A DNA stretch of 45,195 nucleotides from Nitrospirae bacterium RBG_16_43_11 (GTDB lineage Bacteria; Nitrospirota; 9FT-COMBO-42-15; HDB-SIOI813): the NCBI GenBank assembly GCA_001805165.1, contig MHEI01000088.1, positions 1 through 45,195 of the forward strand, given 5' to 3'. The notes below the pieces were generated by a model. That model was not told the origin of the DNA and made no database searches. It saw only the letters and a list, made by a program, of their open reading frames with translations. Below, in pieces: positions 28,257 through 38,187 of this stretch. Position numbers and translations under genes: made by a program. Within the stretch, counting starts at the first letter, position 1. The number at the start of each line of letters is the position of its first letter.

Positions 28257-30446
28257 ATGTTGTTTAAGAATGATAATTTGCATCTGCTTGATTACTGGCG
28301 TGTACTTTCAAAACGCCGGTATGCGGCGATAATAGTTTTTGCCTTTATAGTGGGAATTGTTACCGTGTACTCATTTGTTGCAACACCTGTGTATAAGGGG
28401 TCAGCCCAGATACTTATCAATCTTGAGAAAAACCCGACTATGACCTTTTCGGAGGGTGACGTTGCATATTTACAAATGAAGGATTCGGATGATTATTTTC
28501 GCACACAGATAGAGATATTAAACAGCCGGGGTTTTGCAGACAAGGTTGTAAAAAAACTGCTGCTTGATAAAAATCCTTATTATCTTGAGAAGAAAAGCAA
28601 GCCTGACAACGGTATGATCAATAAGATAAAAGACACTGTATTCATGTTGTTCCCCGGAAGGACGAAACCAGATAATCCATTTCCTGAATCTCTGGCGCAG
28701 AGGGAAATTGATCCGGAACTTGTAGACATCATACTTTCTGAAATGCGGGTTGAGACAGGCAAAGAGGGCAATATCATCAAGATTCACTATCTTTCAGAGA
28801 ATCCCAACGTGGCTGTCGCTATGGCTAATGGAATCGCGGCTGCATATATTGAACACAATATGTATATAAGAATAAAGCCGTTCAGGGATGCGGTTGAGTG
28901 GCTTTCGGCGAGGATGGTGGAACTACGGGCGAAGGTTGAATCTTCAGAAAGGACCCTCCAGAAATACAAGGAAGAACGCGGTATTGCTTCTTTTGAAACA
29001 AGAGAGAATATCATTGCGCAGAAACTTCAGGAACTGGTGTCTGAGGTTGTAAGGATTGAAGGCCGGAGACAGGAGGCTGAGATCCGGTACAATCAGATCA
29101 AGTCTGTTATTGACAGCCCTGAACTCCTGGCCACTGTGCCTGATGTCATGAATAATCTGGTAATCCAGGGTTTAAGGATTGAAGAGCTTAGAATCAAGAA
29201 GGATATCTCGGAGTTGTCTGAGAAGTATGGCCCCAGGCATCCGCATATGATGAAGATTGTTTCTGAATTGAATACTGTCCAGAAAAATCTTGTGGAAGAG
29301 GCCAGAAAGATGTTAAGTGCAGCCAAGACAGAGTACGAGATTGCGAAGAGCCGCGAGACATCTCTTAAAAGGGCGCTTGATGAGCAGAAACAGGAATTTC
29401 TGGACCTGAGCAGGAAGTCCATAGAGTTTAATGTAATAGCAGGCGAATCGGAGAGCAACAAACTGTTCTATGAAATGCTGCTTAAAAAACTCCAGGAGGC
29501 ATCCCTGTCGAGCGGCATTAATATCTCCAATGCCCAGATTATAGATAATGCAGTTACACCAAAGTCTCCTGTTAGTCCCAGAAGAGGACTGTATATTTTC
29601 TTAGCAGCAATTGCCGGTGTTTTCGGCGGTGTATTTGCTGCCTTTTTTGTGGATTATCTGGATGACACGATTAAGGGCCAGGCGGACGTAGATAGTATAC
29701 TTGGATTGCCCTTCCTTGGTCTGGTGCCGGCAGCAAAAGGGACAGGACCTCTCTACATAACTGCAGATCCCAGGTCTGTAATGGCGGAATCATTCCGGAC
29801 TATACGTACAAGCGTAATGCTGTCCTCAGTAGAGAAGCCTCCAAAGGTTATAGTTATTACAAGCACATTCCCGAAAGAGGGCAAGACAACCATTGCTTCC
29901 AATCTTGCGGTTGCGATGGCGCAGATGGGGGAACGGGTGCTTCTAATTGACGCTGATATGAGAAAACCCTATATTGATAAAGTCTTTGGAATGGATAATT
30001 CTATTGGTATCAGCAATGTCATTGCGCGGCATAGTGATTTTCCTGACGCTGTCAGGACAATGCCTGATTTTCCTAATCTGAGTATACTCCCGGGAGGCAG
30101 GATAGCTCCGGACCCGTCTGAACTTCTTAGTTCCAGTCTGATGAAGGATTTACTTAATGGTTTAAGGGATAGATTTGACCGCATTATCATTGATTCACCT
30201 CCACTGAATGCTGTTTCTGACCCCCTGATATTATCCAGTCTTGCAGACAGCGTCATCATGGTAATATGGGGAGGCGTTACAGGAAGGGATGTTGTAAAAA
30301 AATCTATGCAGTCTTTAAAGGGTGTTAATGCAAAGATTCTGGGAGTCGTTATAAATAATCTGGCGATGTCAAAAAGGGATGGTTACCAGTACTATTATTC
30401 TTATTATTCTTATTCAGAAGGAAAAGGAATAGAGAAAACAGTATGA
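28257..30446 (+). CDS. wzc: Polysaccharide co-polymerase / tyrosine autokinase (Wzc/GumC)
   Basis: Two TM helices flanking a coiled-coil domain (YGPRHP); AESFRTIRT, Walker A STFPKEGKTT, LIDADMRKP, IIIDSPP, C-terminal Tyr cluster YQYYYSYYSYS. Confidence 0.93.
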   Translation: MLFKNDNLHLLDYWRVLSKRRYAAIIVFAFIVGIVTVYSFVATPVYKGSAQILINLEKNPTMTFSEGDVAYLQMKDSDDYFRTQIEILNSRGFADKVVKKLLLDKNPYYLEKKSKPDNGMINKIKDTVFMLFPGRTKPDNPFPESLAQREIDPELVDIILSEMRVETGKEGNIIKIHYLSENPNVAVAMANGIAAAYIEHNMYIRIKPFRDAVEWLSARMVELRAKVESSERTLQKYKEERGIASFETRENIIAQKLQELVSEVVRIEGRRQEAEIRYNQIKSVIDSPELLATVPDVMNNLVIQGLRIEELRIKKDISELSEKYGPRHPHMMKIVSELNTVQKNLVEEARKMLSAAKTEYEIAKSRETSLKRALDEQKQEFLDLSRKSIEFNVIAGESESNKLFYEMLLKKLQEASLSSGINISNAQIIDNAVTPKSPVSPRRGLYIFLAAIAGVFGGVFAAFFVDYLDDTIKGQADVDSILGLPFLGLVPAAKGTGPLYITADPRSVMAESFRTIRTSVMLSSVEKPPKVIVITSTFPKEGKTTIASNLAVAMAQMGERVLLIDADMRKPYIDKVFGMDNSIGISNVIARHSDFPDAVRTMPDFPNLSILPGGRIAPDPSELLSSSLMKDLLNGLRDRFDRIIIDSPPLNAVSDPLILSSLADSVIMVIWGGVTGRDVVKKSMQSLKGVNAKILGVVINNLAMSKRDGYQYYYSYYSYSEGKGIEKTV

Positions 30447-31228
30447 TTGACATCCACTGTCACATCCTCCCTGGAACTGATGATGGCCCTGAGACTATAG
30501 AGGAATCTCTTGAGATGTGTCGTATAGCAGCATTGGATGGCATAAAAGTTATAGTTGCCACACCCCATTTCAGACCAGGCATTTCTGAATCCAGCCAGGA
30601 AAAGGTTTCTGATCTTATTGCAATATTGATGGATAAGGTAAAACAGGAGTGTATAGACTTACAGATACTGCCAGGGTCGGAGGTGACATTTACGGCGGAG
30701 ATGCCCGATTATATTAGAAATAATGAGTATCTGACTATTAATGGAAATGGCAGATATTTTCTGACTGAGTTTTATCCATCAGCAGTTCCGTTACACTGGG
30801 AAACTGTGCTGTTATCAATGCTACATTCAGGTTATGTTCCGGTTCTTGCTCATCCTGAAAGAAATTCCTTTTTTATGAATAATCCTGAGGGGTTGTCTGC
30901 CATTGTAAGGAGCGGAGTCCTTGTGCAGATTACTGCTATGAGTGTGACTGGAGAATTAGGTGAAGAAATACAGAGACTTAGCATCTTTCTCCTGAAGCAT
31001 AATCTTGTCCACGTTATTGCAACGGATGCGCATTCTTCTGTACACAGGGTGCCGATGCTGGCGGAGGCAGTCAGCATAGCTGCTGATGTTATTGGAAAAG
31101 AACATGCCTCAGCCCTTGTTACCTCAGTGCCTGCTGCAATTACTGGTGGCAAGACTGTCATTTTTCCACCCCCTCAGTTGTCTGATCAGAAGAAAAAGAG
31201 ATGGCCGCAAAATATTTTGATGCAGTAA
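30443..31228 (+). CDS. CpsB/CapC family PHP protein-tyrosine phosphatase
   Basis: MIDIHCHILPG.DDGP, ATPH, LAHPERN, IATDAH. Confidence 0.92.
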   Translation: MIDIHCHILPGTDDGPETIEESLEMCRIAALDGIKVIVATPHFRPGISESSQEKVSDLIAILMDKVKQECIDLQILPGSEVTFTAEMPDYIRNNEYLTINGNGRYFLTEFYPSAVPLHWETVLLSMLHSGYVPVLAHPERNSFFMNNPEGLSAIVRSGVLVQITAMSVTGELGEEIQRLSIFLLKHNLVHVIATDAHSSVHRVPMLAEAVSIAADVIGKEHASALVTSVPAAITGGKTVIFPPPQLSDQKKKRWPQNILMQ

Positions 31229-32622
31229 TTGAAAAGGGAATTGCCTTTATCCTGATCTTTACCCCGCTTGCAATAGGTACTGTTCAGCAATGGTCAATCG
31301 CTATTATGGAAATAGCCTCATTTATCATCCTATGCGCCTGGATTTTGAAAATGGCTTCAGATGGGAAAGTTGTGGTTCTCAAAACACCTCTCTTTGGAAT
31401 TCTTGCAGCCCTGTTTTTGCTCATAGTCTTTCAAATCCTGCCGCTTCCTGAACGGCTGATGGCTTTCTTGTCTCCTTCAGCTAATAATATGTATTCTGCA
31501 TTCCTCGGGGATGATGTAACAATGAGCAGGACGATTAGCATATACTCCGGTGCGACCAGGGAGGAATTATTTAAACTCCTTTCATATGTGGCAGTCTTCA
31601 TTGTTGTGGTCAATCACTTCAGGACAAAGGTGCAGATAAGTCGTGTAGTGCTCACAATAATATATATGGGATGTTTTCTTGCTGTCTTTGCAGTAATCCA
31701 GAAGATGACCTGGAATGGAAGACTGTACTGGTTTTATCCGGTTGGTAAAGGGCTCCATTCTGATATGACATACATATGGGGCCCCTACATTAACCATAAC
31801 CACTTCGCGGGATATATGGAGATGGCTATTCCAATTGGTTTGGGATTTCTTCTATACAAGTTATCCGGCATTAATAGTTTGCATGGTCTTCCGGTGAGCA
31901 GGAGGATTGCCCGTTACTTGGACAGAAAGGATAGCGTCTACGTGATGTTTCTTTGTCTTGCTGTATTGATTATGTCTGTTGTCCTGTTTATGAGTTTGTC
32001 AAGAGGGGGCATAATAGGATTTACGGCATCTGTACTATTCTTTTCCTGGATGATCCGGACAAGACCTTCATTAAGAAAAAAGACAGGAGTCTTTGCGTTA
32101 TTGGGGATAATAACCCTTATTATTGTGTTACTTTCAGGATGGGGGCGGATAGAAGAAAGATTTCAGGAGGCAGGAGAGGTAGAAAAGATGAATAGGATAG
32201 ACATTTGGTCAGACACCATTAATATTGTCATGGATTTTCCTCTTCTTGGAACAGGACTTGGAACATTTAAAAATATATATCCCCAATATCAATCAGATAA
32301 TTCCAGATTCTTATTCGATCATGCTGAAAATGATTATCTGGAGATTGTGACGGATATGGGGATTGCCGGTTTTATTATCATCATTGGTATGGTTTCTGTC
32401 TTTTCCCATTCTGTTATAAAGGCGTGGCGTAAGAGACATGATAATTTCATTAAATGCATTGTTACAGCCGGTATGTCTTCGTGTGTTGCCATTGCGGTCC
32501 ACAGCTTTACAGATTTTAACCTGCGTATTCCAGCGAATATGATGCTGCTAACGGTAATTGCCGCGATTACATATTCCTCTGTCCTTATTCCTACTGATAA
32601 GAAATACAGCGATGCCATATAA
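31201..32622 (+). CDS. O-antigen ligase (Wzy_C/WaaL-like) family membrane protein
   Basis: GPYINHNHFAGY, SLSRGG, R..IW......DFPLLGTGLGTF, HAENDYLE, HSFTDFNL.IPAN. Confidence 0.88.
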   Translation: MAAKYFDAVIEKGIAFILIFTPLAIGTVQQWSIAIMEIASFIILCAWILKMASDGKVVVLKTPLFGILAALFLLIVFQILPLPERLMAFLSPSANNMYSAFLGDDVTMSRTISIYSGATREELFKLLSYVAVFIVVVNHFRTKVQISRVVLTIIYMGCFLAVFAVIQKMTWNGRLYWFYPVGKGLHSDMTYIWGPYINHNHFAGYMEMAIPIGLGFLLYKLSGINSLHGLPVSRRIARYLDRKDSVYVMFLCLAVLIMSVVLFMSLSRGGIIGFTASVLFFSWMIRTRPSLRKKTGVFALLGIITLIIVLLSGWGRIEERFQEAGEVEKMNRIDIWSDTINIVMDFPLLGTGLGTFKNIYPQYQSDNSRFLFDHAENDYLEIVTDMGIAGFIIIIGMVSVFSHSVIKAWRKRHDNFIKCIVTAGMSSCVAIAVHSFTDFNLRIPANMMLLTVIAAITYSSVLIPTDKKYSDAI

Positions 32623-33457
32623 AACATTTAATCTTGACAGACAGAAGTCTGTCAGGCTTGCAATTGCAGCAGTTATTACATCGGGCGTACTGTTGTTGTT
32701 TCCGATCAGGATGCTTATGGCGGATTACTATTACAACAGGGTCTCAGGAATTCTTGACGATAAATCTACGGAACAGATGGACCTGCTGGTAATATCCGGT
32801 GAAACCATCTTAAACTATAACCAATCTATAAAATCTTTGGAAAAAGCAGCGGCACTTGTTCCTTCAAATTCTGTTTATTTTAAAGCCCTGGCAGATATAT
32901 ATATAAAACTGGGCAAGTGGGCAGAGATTATGCAAATGGTTGGTGCAGAACTACCGCAGGAGGCAGTCTCCGTAGAGGATGCCAATAAAAATGCGGTTAA
33001 ATATTTAAGAAGGGCTATTTTATTAGAACCAACAAATCCTGATTATCATCTTGCACTGGGAAAGCTATATCATGTAACTACAGGAGATACATGGCATTCC
33101 GGAAAAGAATTGTCACGGGCTGCATATGCCTATCCTGTAAATGCGCCATTGAGATATGTGATAGCCAATCATTATTTGCTTTCCGGAATGAAAGGTGAGG
33201 CGCTCGAGCATGCGAGGATACTTGCGGCGGTTGATGACAGTTATCATACGCCGGATTCGGCAAGAGGGACTCTTGATGCTGAGAGAAGAACTCCTGAGTA
33301 TTTGTCGAGAGTTACCGGAAGCTATCTTTTCAAGGCACTGGAAATAGCCTGGATGGTTTCGAAAGACCCTGAGGTGATAAAGGGTATTGCACCAGAGAAT
33401 CCTGAAGCTAAAGATGCAGCCAGGTTGTTTTTAGAGGGCAAGGGATTTTATGAGTAA
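32612..33457 (+). CDS. Membrane-anchored TPR-like protein
   Basis: One TM helix, then TPR-like helices (LEKAAALVPSNSVYFKALA; LRRAILLEPTNPDYHLALG). Confidence 0.65.
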   Translation: MPYKTFNLDRQKSVRLAIAAVITSGVLLLFPIRMLMADYYYNRVSGILDDKSTEQMDLLVISGETILNYNQSIKSLEKAAALVPSNSVYFKALADIYIKLGKWAEIMQMVGAELPQEAVSVEDANKNAVKYLRRAILLEPTNPDYHLALGKLYHVTTGDTWHSGKELSRAAYAYPVNAPLRYVIANHYLLSGMKGEALEHARILAAVDDSYHTPDSARGTLDAERRTPEYLSRVTGSYLFKALEIAWMVSKDPEVIKGIAPENPEAKDAARLFLEGKGFYE

Positions 33458-33472
33458 AATAGCAGGTTAAGT

Positions 33473-34915
33473 ATGTCATCTATTTTGAGACGAACATTCA
33501 ATAACATATTCTGGCTTTTTATCGGGGAAGTCTGTGCCAAGGGGGTTGTATTTCTTACGACGCTCTATCTTGCAAGAGTGCTTGGAATTGATGGTTTTGG
33601 AAAATTCTCACTTGCGCTTGCTATGAGTACCTACATGTGGATCTTTGTGGACATGGGGATTACCGGATATGGTACAAGAGAGATTGCACGGGATCGGGAG
33701 AAGATTTCAGAAATTTTCAGGATACTTAATTCACTAAGGCTTGTACTGGCAGTTGTTTCTTTCTTAATCTTAATTATATTTCTTCACATATTGAATATCC
33801 CTTTAGACATGAGGATGATACTGCTTGCAGGAGGTTTCTATGTAATAGCATATGCCCTGTCACCTGACTGGGTGCTGCGTGGGATAGAGCGTATGGAATA
33901 TATTGCACTGGGTAATGCCGTAATGAGTATTGTTTTTTTGCTGACAGTTTATTTATTTGTCAGAGCCCCTGACGATACTGTTTCAGCAGTTCTTTACAGG
34001 TCATTCTCATTCCTTCTGGGAAGCTTTGTTGCATTAATTATCCTTAAAAGGACTATGAATGTATGGTATGCCTTTGAGATATCTTTATCAAAGTGGTTGT
34101 TTCACTTAAGGGAGTCATTTTACTTTGCTGTAAACGGCGGATTGAATAATATTGCCATGTATATACCTGTCTTTTTCCTTGGGCTTTGGGCTGCTATGGA
34201 GGATGTGGGTATATTTTCCGCACCTCAGAGGGCTATTGTCCTGATTATAAATACAGTGGCAGTCATACAGGTGGCCTCATATCCTGTAATGTCAAACCTC
34301 TATGTTTCTGACAAATATAAATTTTATCTTATTCATAAGACTATTGAGAGAGTAATGTTGTATATAGGTCTCCCTATAGGTGTAATGGGGATGATATTGA
34401 GTAAGGAAATAATTTCTACTCTGTACGGTAATATGTATGAAACAAGCTCTGCCATATTCAGAGTGATGATATGGATAGTCCCCCTGACTTTTCTAAGGTC
34501 TAATTACGGGAGGACATTATTAAGCGCAGGTTTCCACAGGTTTAATATGTTTGCAACCGGAAGCGGCGCAGTTGTAACTATTCTTCTATGTATTCTCTTT
34601 ATACCGACATACAGGGGTACAGGTGCTGCTATATCCGTCCTGGCCGGTGAGGCTGTGATTCTGATAATAATGGGAGTGATGTTTGGTATTAAACTATATC
34701 GCTCATATCCATTTGATGTCTTTTTTATTAAGATTGTGATTGCAAGTATCACTGCCGGCTTGATAGTCAGAATAGCAGACTTGCCACTGTTTTATTCTGC
34801 AGTCCTGGGAGTAATACTCTACTTTGGTATCTCTTTCTTTCTTGGAATTATTACCGTTGGGATGATCAGGGATATATGCAGCAGAATAATTCAACGCAGG
34901 GTTGGAATAGTATAA
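33473..34915 (+). CDS. wzx: Wzx flippase
   Basis: ~480-aa polytopic protein; N..WL..GE, YLARVLG..GFGKFS.A, DMGI..YG.REIA, RGIERM, G..GAA. Confidence 0.88.
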   Translation: MSSILRRTFNNIFWLFIGEVCAKGVVFLTTLYLARVLGIDGFGKFSLALAMSTYMWIFVDMGITGYGTREIARDREKISEIFRILNSLRLVLAVVSFLILIIFLHILNIPLDMRMILLAGGFYVIAYALSPDWVLRGIERMEYIALGNAVMSIVFLLTVYLFVRAPDDTVSAVLYRSFSFLLGSFVALIILKRTMNVWYAFEISLSKWLFHLRESFYFAVNGGLNNIAMYIPVFFLGLWAAMEDVGIFSAPQRAIVLIINTVAVIQVASYPVMSNLYVSDKYKFYLIHKTIERVMLYIGLPIGVMGMILSKEIISTLYGNMYETSSAIFRVMIWIVPLTFLRSNYGRTLLSAGFHRFNMFATGSGAVVTILLCILFIPTYRGTGAAISVLAGEAVILIIMGVMFGIKLYRSYPFDVFFIKIVIASITAGLIVRIADLPLFYSAVLGVILYFGISFFLGIITVGMIRDICSRIIQRRVGIV

Positions 34916-34917
34916 AT

Positions 34918-35820
34918 ATGTTCGTAAAGCCCAACTTCTTTATTGTAGGTGCAGCCAGGTCCGGCACATCCTCATTAGCCTATAACCTTGGACAACACCC
35001 TGATATATATATATCACCCATAAAGGAACCATTTTATTTTGTATCGGACTTTGGTCTGAATGATTTTGATGAGTATATATCACTTTTCAAGGATGCCGGC
35101 GATGCAAGGGCCGTAGGAGAGGCATCAACAGGGTATTTATTCGATGAGCACGCACCTGTTGCAATACATGAATTGTTTCCTGATGCAAAGATTATTGTTA
35201 TCCTCCGAAATCCCGTGGATATGGCCTTTTCTTACTGGCGATTTACACAGATTGCCGGGAATGAGTCAAAGAGTTTTGAGGAAGCCACAAGCGATGAGGA
35301 GAGAAGATATAGAAAGACAGAGGAGTTCAAGCGTAAGGCCCTCAACTGGTGGGCAATGTACCTATACATAGAGAGGGCGATGTATTTCTCTCAGGTGAAG
35401 AGGTATATTAATATATTTGGTCGTGGTAAAGTCAGGGTCTATATATTTGAAGATTTTATTAAACGGATAGAGGAATTATACAAAGACCTGTTTGCATTTC
35501 TTGATGTCGATGCCAATTTTACTCCCGACTATTCGGTTAAGAACGAAGGCGGTGATATCCATTCCCAATTCTTAAAGAAGCTGAGAGACCGCAAGTATCC
35601 ATTTATCAAGAAACTATTCCCAGTAACCTTCAGAGTAAAATTAAAGAGCCGTCTTTTAGACGTCAACAGAAAAAAGGACGAAAAGATTATTATGAACACA
35701 GAAACACGGAGGCGGCTGGAGGTCTTCTTCGAAGAGGATATAAGAAGTCTTGAGCAGTTATTAGGATACCGTATCGAGGCATGGAAGAAAAAAGAACAGC
35801 AAGTTATCAGCCCCTTTTAA
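34918..35820 (+). CDS. PAPS-dependent sulfotransferase
   Basis: PNFFIVGAARSGTSSL..L.QHPDI (5'-PSB loop), KEPFYF, GEASTGY, LRNPVD.AFS (3'-PB). Confidence 0.9.
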   Translation: MFVKPNFFIVGAARSGTSSLAYNLGQHPDIYISPIKEPFYFVSDFGLNDFDEYISLFKDAGDARAVGEASTGYLFDEHAPVAIHELFPDAKIIVILRNPVDMAFSYWRFTQIAGNESKSFEEATSDEERRYRKTEEFKRKALNWWAMYLYIERAMYFSQVKRYINIFGRGKVRVYIFEDFIKRIEELYKDLFAFLDVDANFTPDYSVKNEGGDIHSQFLKKLRDRKYPFIKKLFPVTFRVKLKSRLLDVNRKKDEKIIMNTETRRRLEVFFEEDIRSLEQLLGYRIEAWKKKEQQVISPF

Positions 35821-36896
35821 TAAGCAGGCGTGATCTCCTGAAGATTATTGCGGTTAATTTGATGATTCTGGGCTATGATGCTCGAATGGTCGCATCGAAG
35901 ATTCCTGTTCCAAAGGGTATTTATGCGGTAACCAATACTGCAAACTGGATTATGGAGGATGGAAAAAGAAGAAACCTTTTTGAGATAGATTTTGTAGATG
36001 GAGTCACAAATTATACAAGGTGGGCTGAGATAGAGAAAGAAGAGGGTAGTTATGACTGGAAGTCTTTTGAACGGATGATAAAAGAGGCTGCTGATAACAA
36101 TAAGAAGTTATCCTACAATATCATAAGTGGAAATCACGCACCTGACTGGGTATATAACAAGGCAGGAGTTCACGGTTATGAATACTTTAATTCCCGCAAA
36201 AACAAAAGGGTGAGAACTTACCTGCCATGGGTTGAGTCAGGTAAGAACCGTGCACTGAATTCAGGGTTACTTAAAATATGGGATAAAACCATTTTATCTT
36301 TTGCAAAACATCTTCATAATCATCCACTGAAAGATAGCATAGCATATGTCGCTATTACAGGAGGGCCGACCAGTAACGGACTTGAGATCATCTGGGCTGC
36401 AAGCGATTACAATGAATTCAGCAAACTGAACTGGGATGAGGAGGTTGAAGGACTCTTTATCCATTTCTGGATGAAAGTAATTGATATCTTCATGGAGTAT
36501 ATGCCGGATGTACCTCTGGGGCTGGCATTTACTGATCTCTTTGGGGTTAACATGTTTGGCATAAGCAGAAGAAATATCGAAATTTCCAAAACGATAGTTG
36601 ACTATGCATTAAAGGTATCTAAAATTCATAATGCTACTGTTGTGCCTATGGGCCTGTGGCTGGGCAATATAGACCCGGATGATCTGAGAAACCATCCGCT
36701 GGTGAGACTTATCCGTTCATTTAATGTCTCCTTTGCCTTACAGGGCGGTTTGAGCACATTGCATAAAAAAGACATGGAGAAGATGCTTTCTCTGGCAGAG
36801 GATATAAAGTCTTCATGGATTGAATTATGGCACAGCGACATTCTGAATGAGGATTATTCCAGGATTATAAAAGACACAAGACGTAGAATCAGTTGA
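35781..36896 (+). CDS. Putative Tat-exported glycoside-hydrolase-like (TIM barrel) protein
   Basis: SRRDLLK twin-arginine motif; WAEIEKEEGSYDW and APDWV resemble the N-terminus of GH42/GH-A clan barrels. Confidence 0.5.
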   Translation: MEEKRTASYQPLLISRRDLLKIIAVNLMILGYDARMVASKIPVPKGIYAVTNTANWIMEDGKRRNLFEIDFVDGVTNYTRWAEIEKEEGSYDWKSFERMIKEAADNNKKLSYNIISGNHAPDWVYNKAGVHGYEYFNSRKNKRVRTYLPWVESGKNRALNSGLLKIWDKTILSFAKHLHNHPLKDSIAYVAITGGPTSNGLEIIWAASDYNEFSKLNWDEEVEGLFIHFWMKVIDIFMEYMPDVPLGLAFTDLFGVNMFGISRRNIEISKTIVDYALKVSKIHNATVVPMGLWLGNIDPDDLRNHPLVRLIRSFNVSFALQGGLSTLHKKDMEKMLSLAEDIKSSWIELWHSDILNEDYSRIIKDTRRRIS

Positions 36897-36921
36897 AGCA
36901 GCCAGGGCAGGGATTTTGGAT

Positions 36922-38187
36922 ATGAGCATATTGATTGTTAATTTATTGTTCTTAAGTATTTTATTTTGTTACGCAATTGTATCTAATAAAAACAAACAGT
37001 TTTATCTGTTTTCTCCATTTTGCTTTCCCTTTATCAACTTTGCAATTTATTATTTATTGCCGTCCACCGTAAATTATTTTTTTAAAGAAAGTAAAGAGAT
37101 TAGAATACATCATATCTTGTATTTTCTGGGCATATTATCCTTTCTGTCAGGGGTTTCTTTATCAAAGAAAATTATTACAACAAAAGAATATGATTTAACA
37201 GTAAGACCCGGTTTTATCAAAGCGAAAAATATCCCTCTCTGGTTATTCTATTCCATCGGGGTTGCATTACTAACCATTTATGGGATCTGGTCAGGTGTGA
37301 CAGATGGGCTGCTGTCAGGACGCAATATTGATGGGTTGAGGAGAAGCGCCGAGATTGGAAAGGGTTTCATAAAAGAACCAGGCTTGTACTTAACGAGCAT
37401 ATCCGGCCTGTGGCTCATAGGAAATTATCTTAACCCGGTACACAGGAGTCTTTTCGGTTTAAAGGGTATTTTTGTGATGTTATTTGCTTCGATATTTATC
37501 TTCTTTACTGTGGGGCACAAATTGGCATCTCTCCTTCCTCTATTAGTCATGACTGGTCTATATAATAAGTACAAACCCCTTTCCAGTATTAAAATGCTTG
37601 CTATAGGCTTATTTTTCTTTTTACTGATAGGTATGATAAATATCGTGAGGGTAGGAGAGATAAAAGGCCCAATTGGTTCAATACTAATAAATAAATCTAT
37701 CATCGTTTCTTATGCATATGATTTCAATTACGTTCCGATAGTCAACAGTGTCTACAAAGGTAAAATAGATCTCCAGTATGGCAGAGAGTATTTACAGGAC
37801 GCACTTTTATTCGTCCCGCGATTTCTTTATGCTAATAAGCCGGTAAGCTTTGATTATTTCTTAAAAGAGATGACTCACTCGACATTTAAAGGGGGGGGAT
37901 TGCCTCCGACCACTATCGGTAGTTTGTTTCTTAACTTTGGATTCACAGGCGTTATCTTCGGCATGCTACTGATCGGATTTGGTTATAACTATCTATTTTA
38001 TTTATATCTGCGTGCCACCTATGCAAAGGCTGTTATCCTGCTGTTCATTATGTATTATATCATGCGGCCATCCCAGTTTTTTGGGCATACTATTGTCTTT
38101 ATAGTTTTCATATTTGTTATCGCCCTGGCAAGTCATTTTATGTATGAAGTTGCACTTTCAAGGAAAGAGAGGGAAAGTGGAATCTGA
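36922..38187 (+). CDS. wzy: Oligosaccharide repeat unit polymerase (Wzy)
   Basis: Low-GC, Phe/Leu/Ile-rich polytopic protein; YG.EY....FVPRFL..NKP and PPT.IG.LFLNFG..G motifs. Confidence 0.75.
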   Translation: MSILIVNLLFLSILFCYAIVSNKNKQFYLFSPFCFPFINFAIYYLLPSTVNYFFKESKEIRIHHILYFLGILSFLSGVSLSKKIITTKEYDLTVRPGFIKAKNIPLWLFYSIGVALLTIYGIWSGVTDGLLSGRNIDGLRRSAEIGKGFIKEPGLYLTSISGLWLIGNYLNPVHRSLFGLKGIFVMLFASIFIFFTVGHKLASLLPLLVMTGLYNKYKPLSSIKMLAIGLFFFLLIGMINIVRVGEIKGPIGSILINKSIIVSYAYDFNYVPIVNSVYKGKIDLQYGREYLQDALLFVPRFLYANKPVSFDYFLKEMTHSTFKGGGLPPTTIGSLFLNFGFTGVIFGMLLIGFGYNYLFYLYLRATYAKAVILLFIMYYIMRPSQFFGHTIVFIVFIFVIALASHFMYEVALSRKERESGI

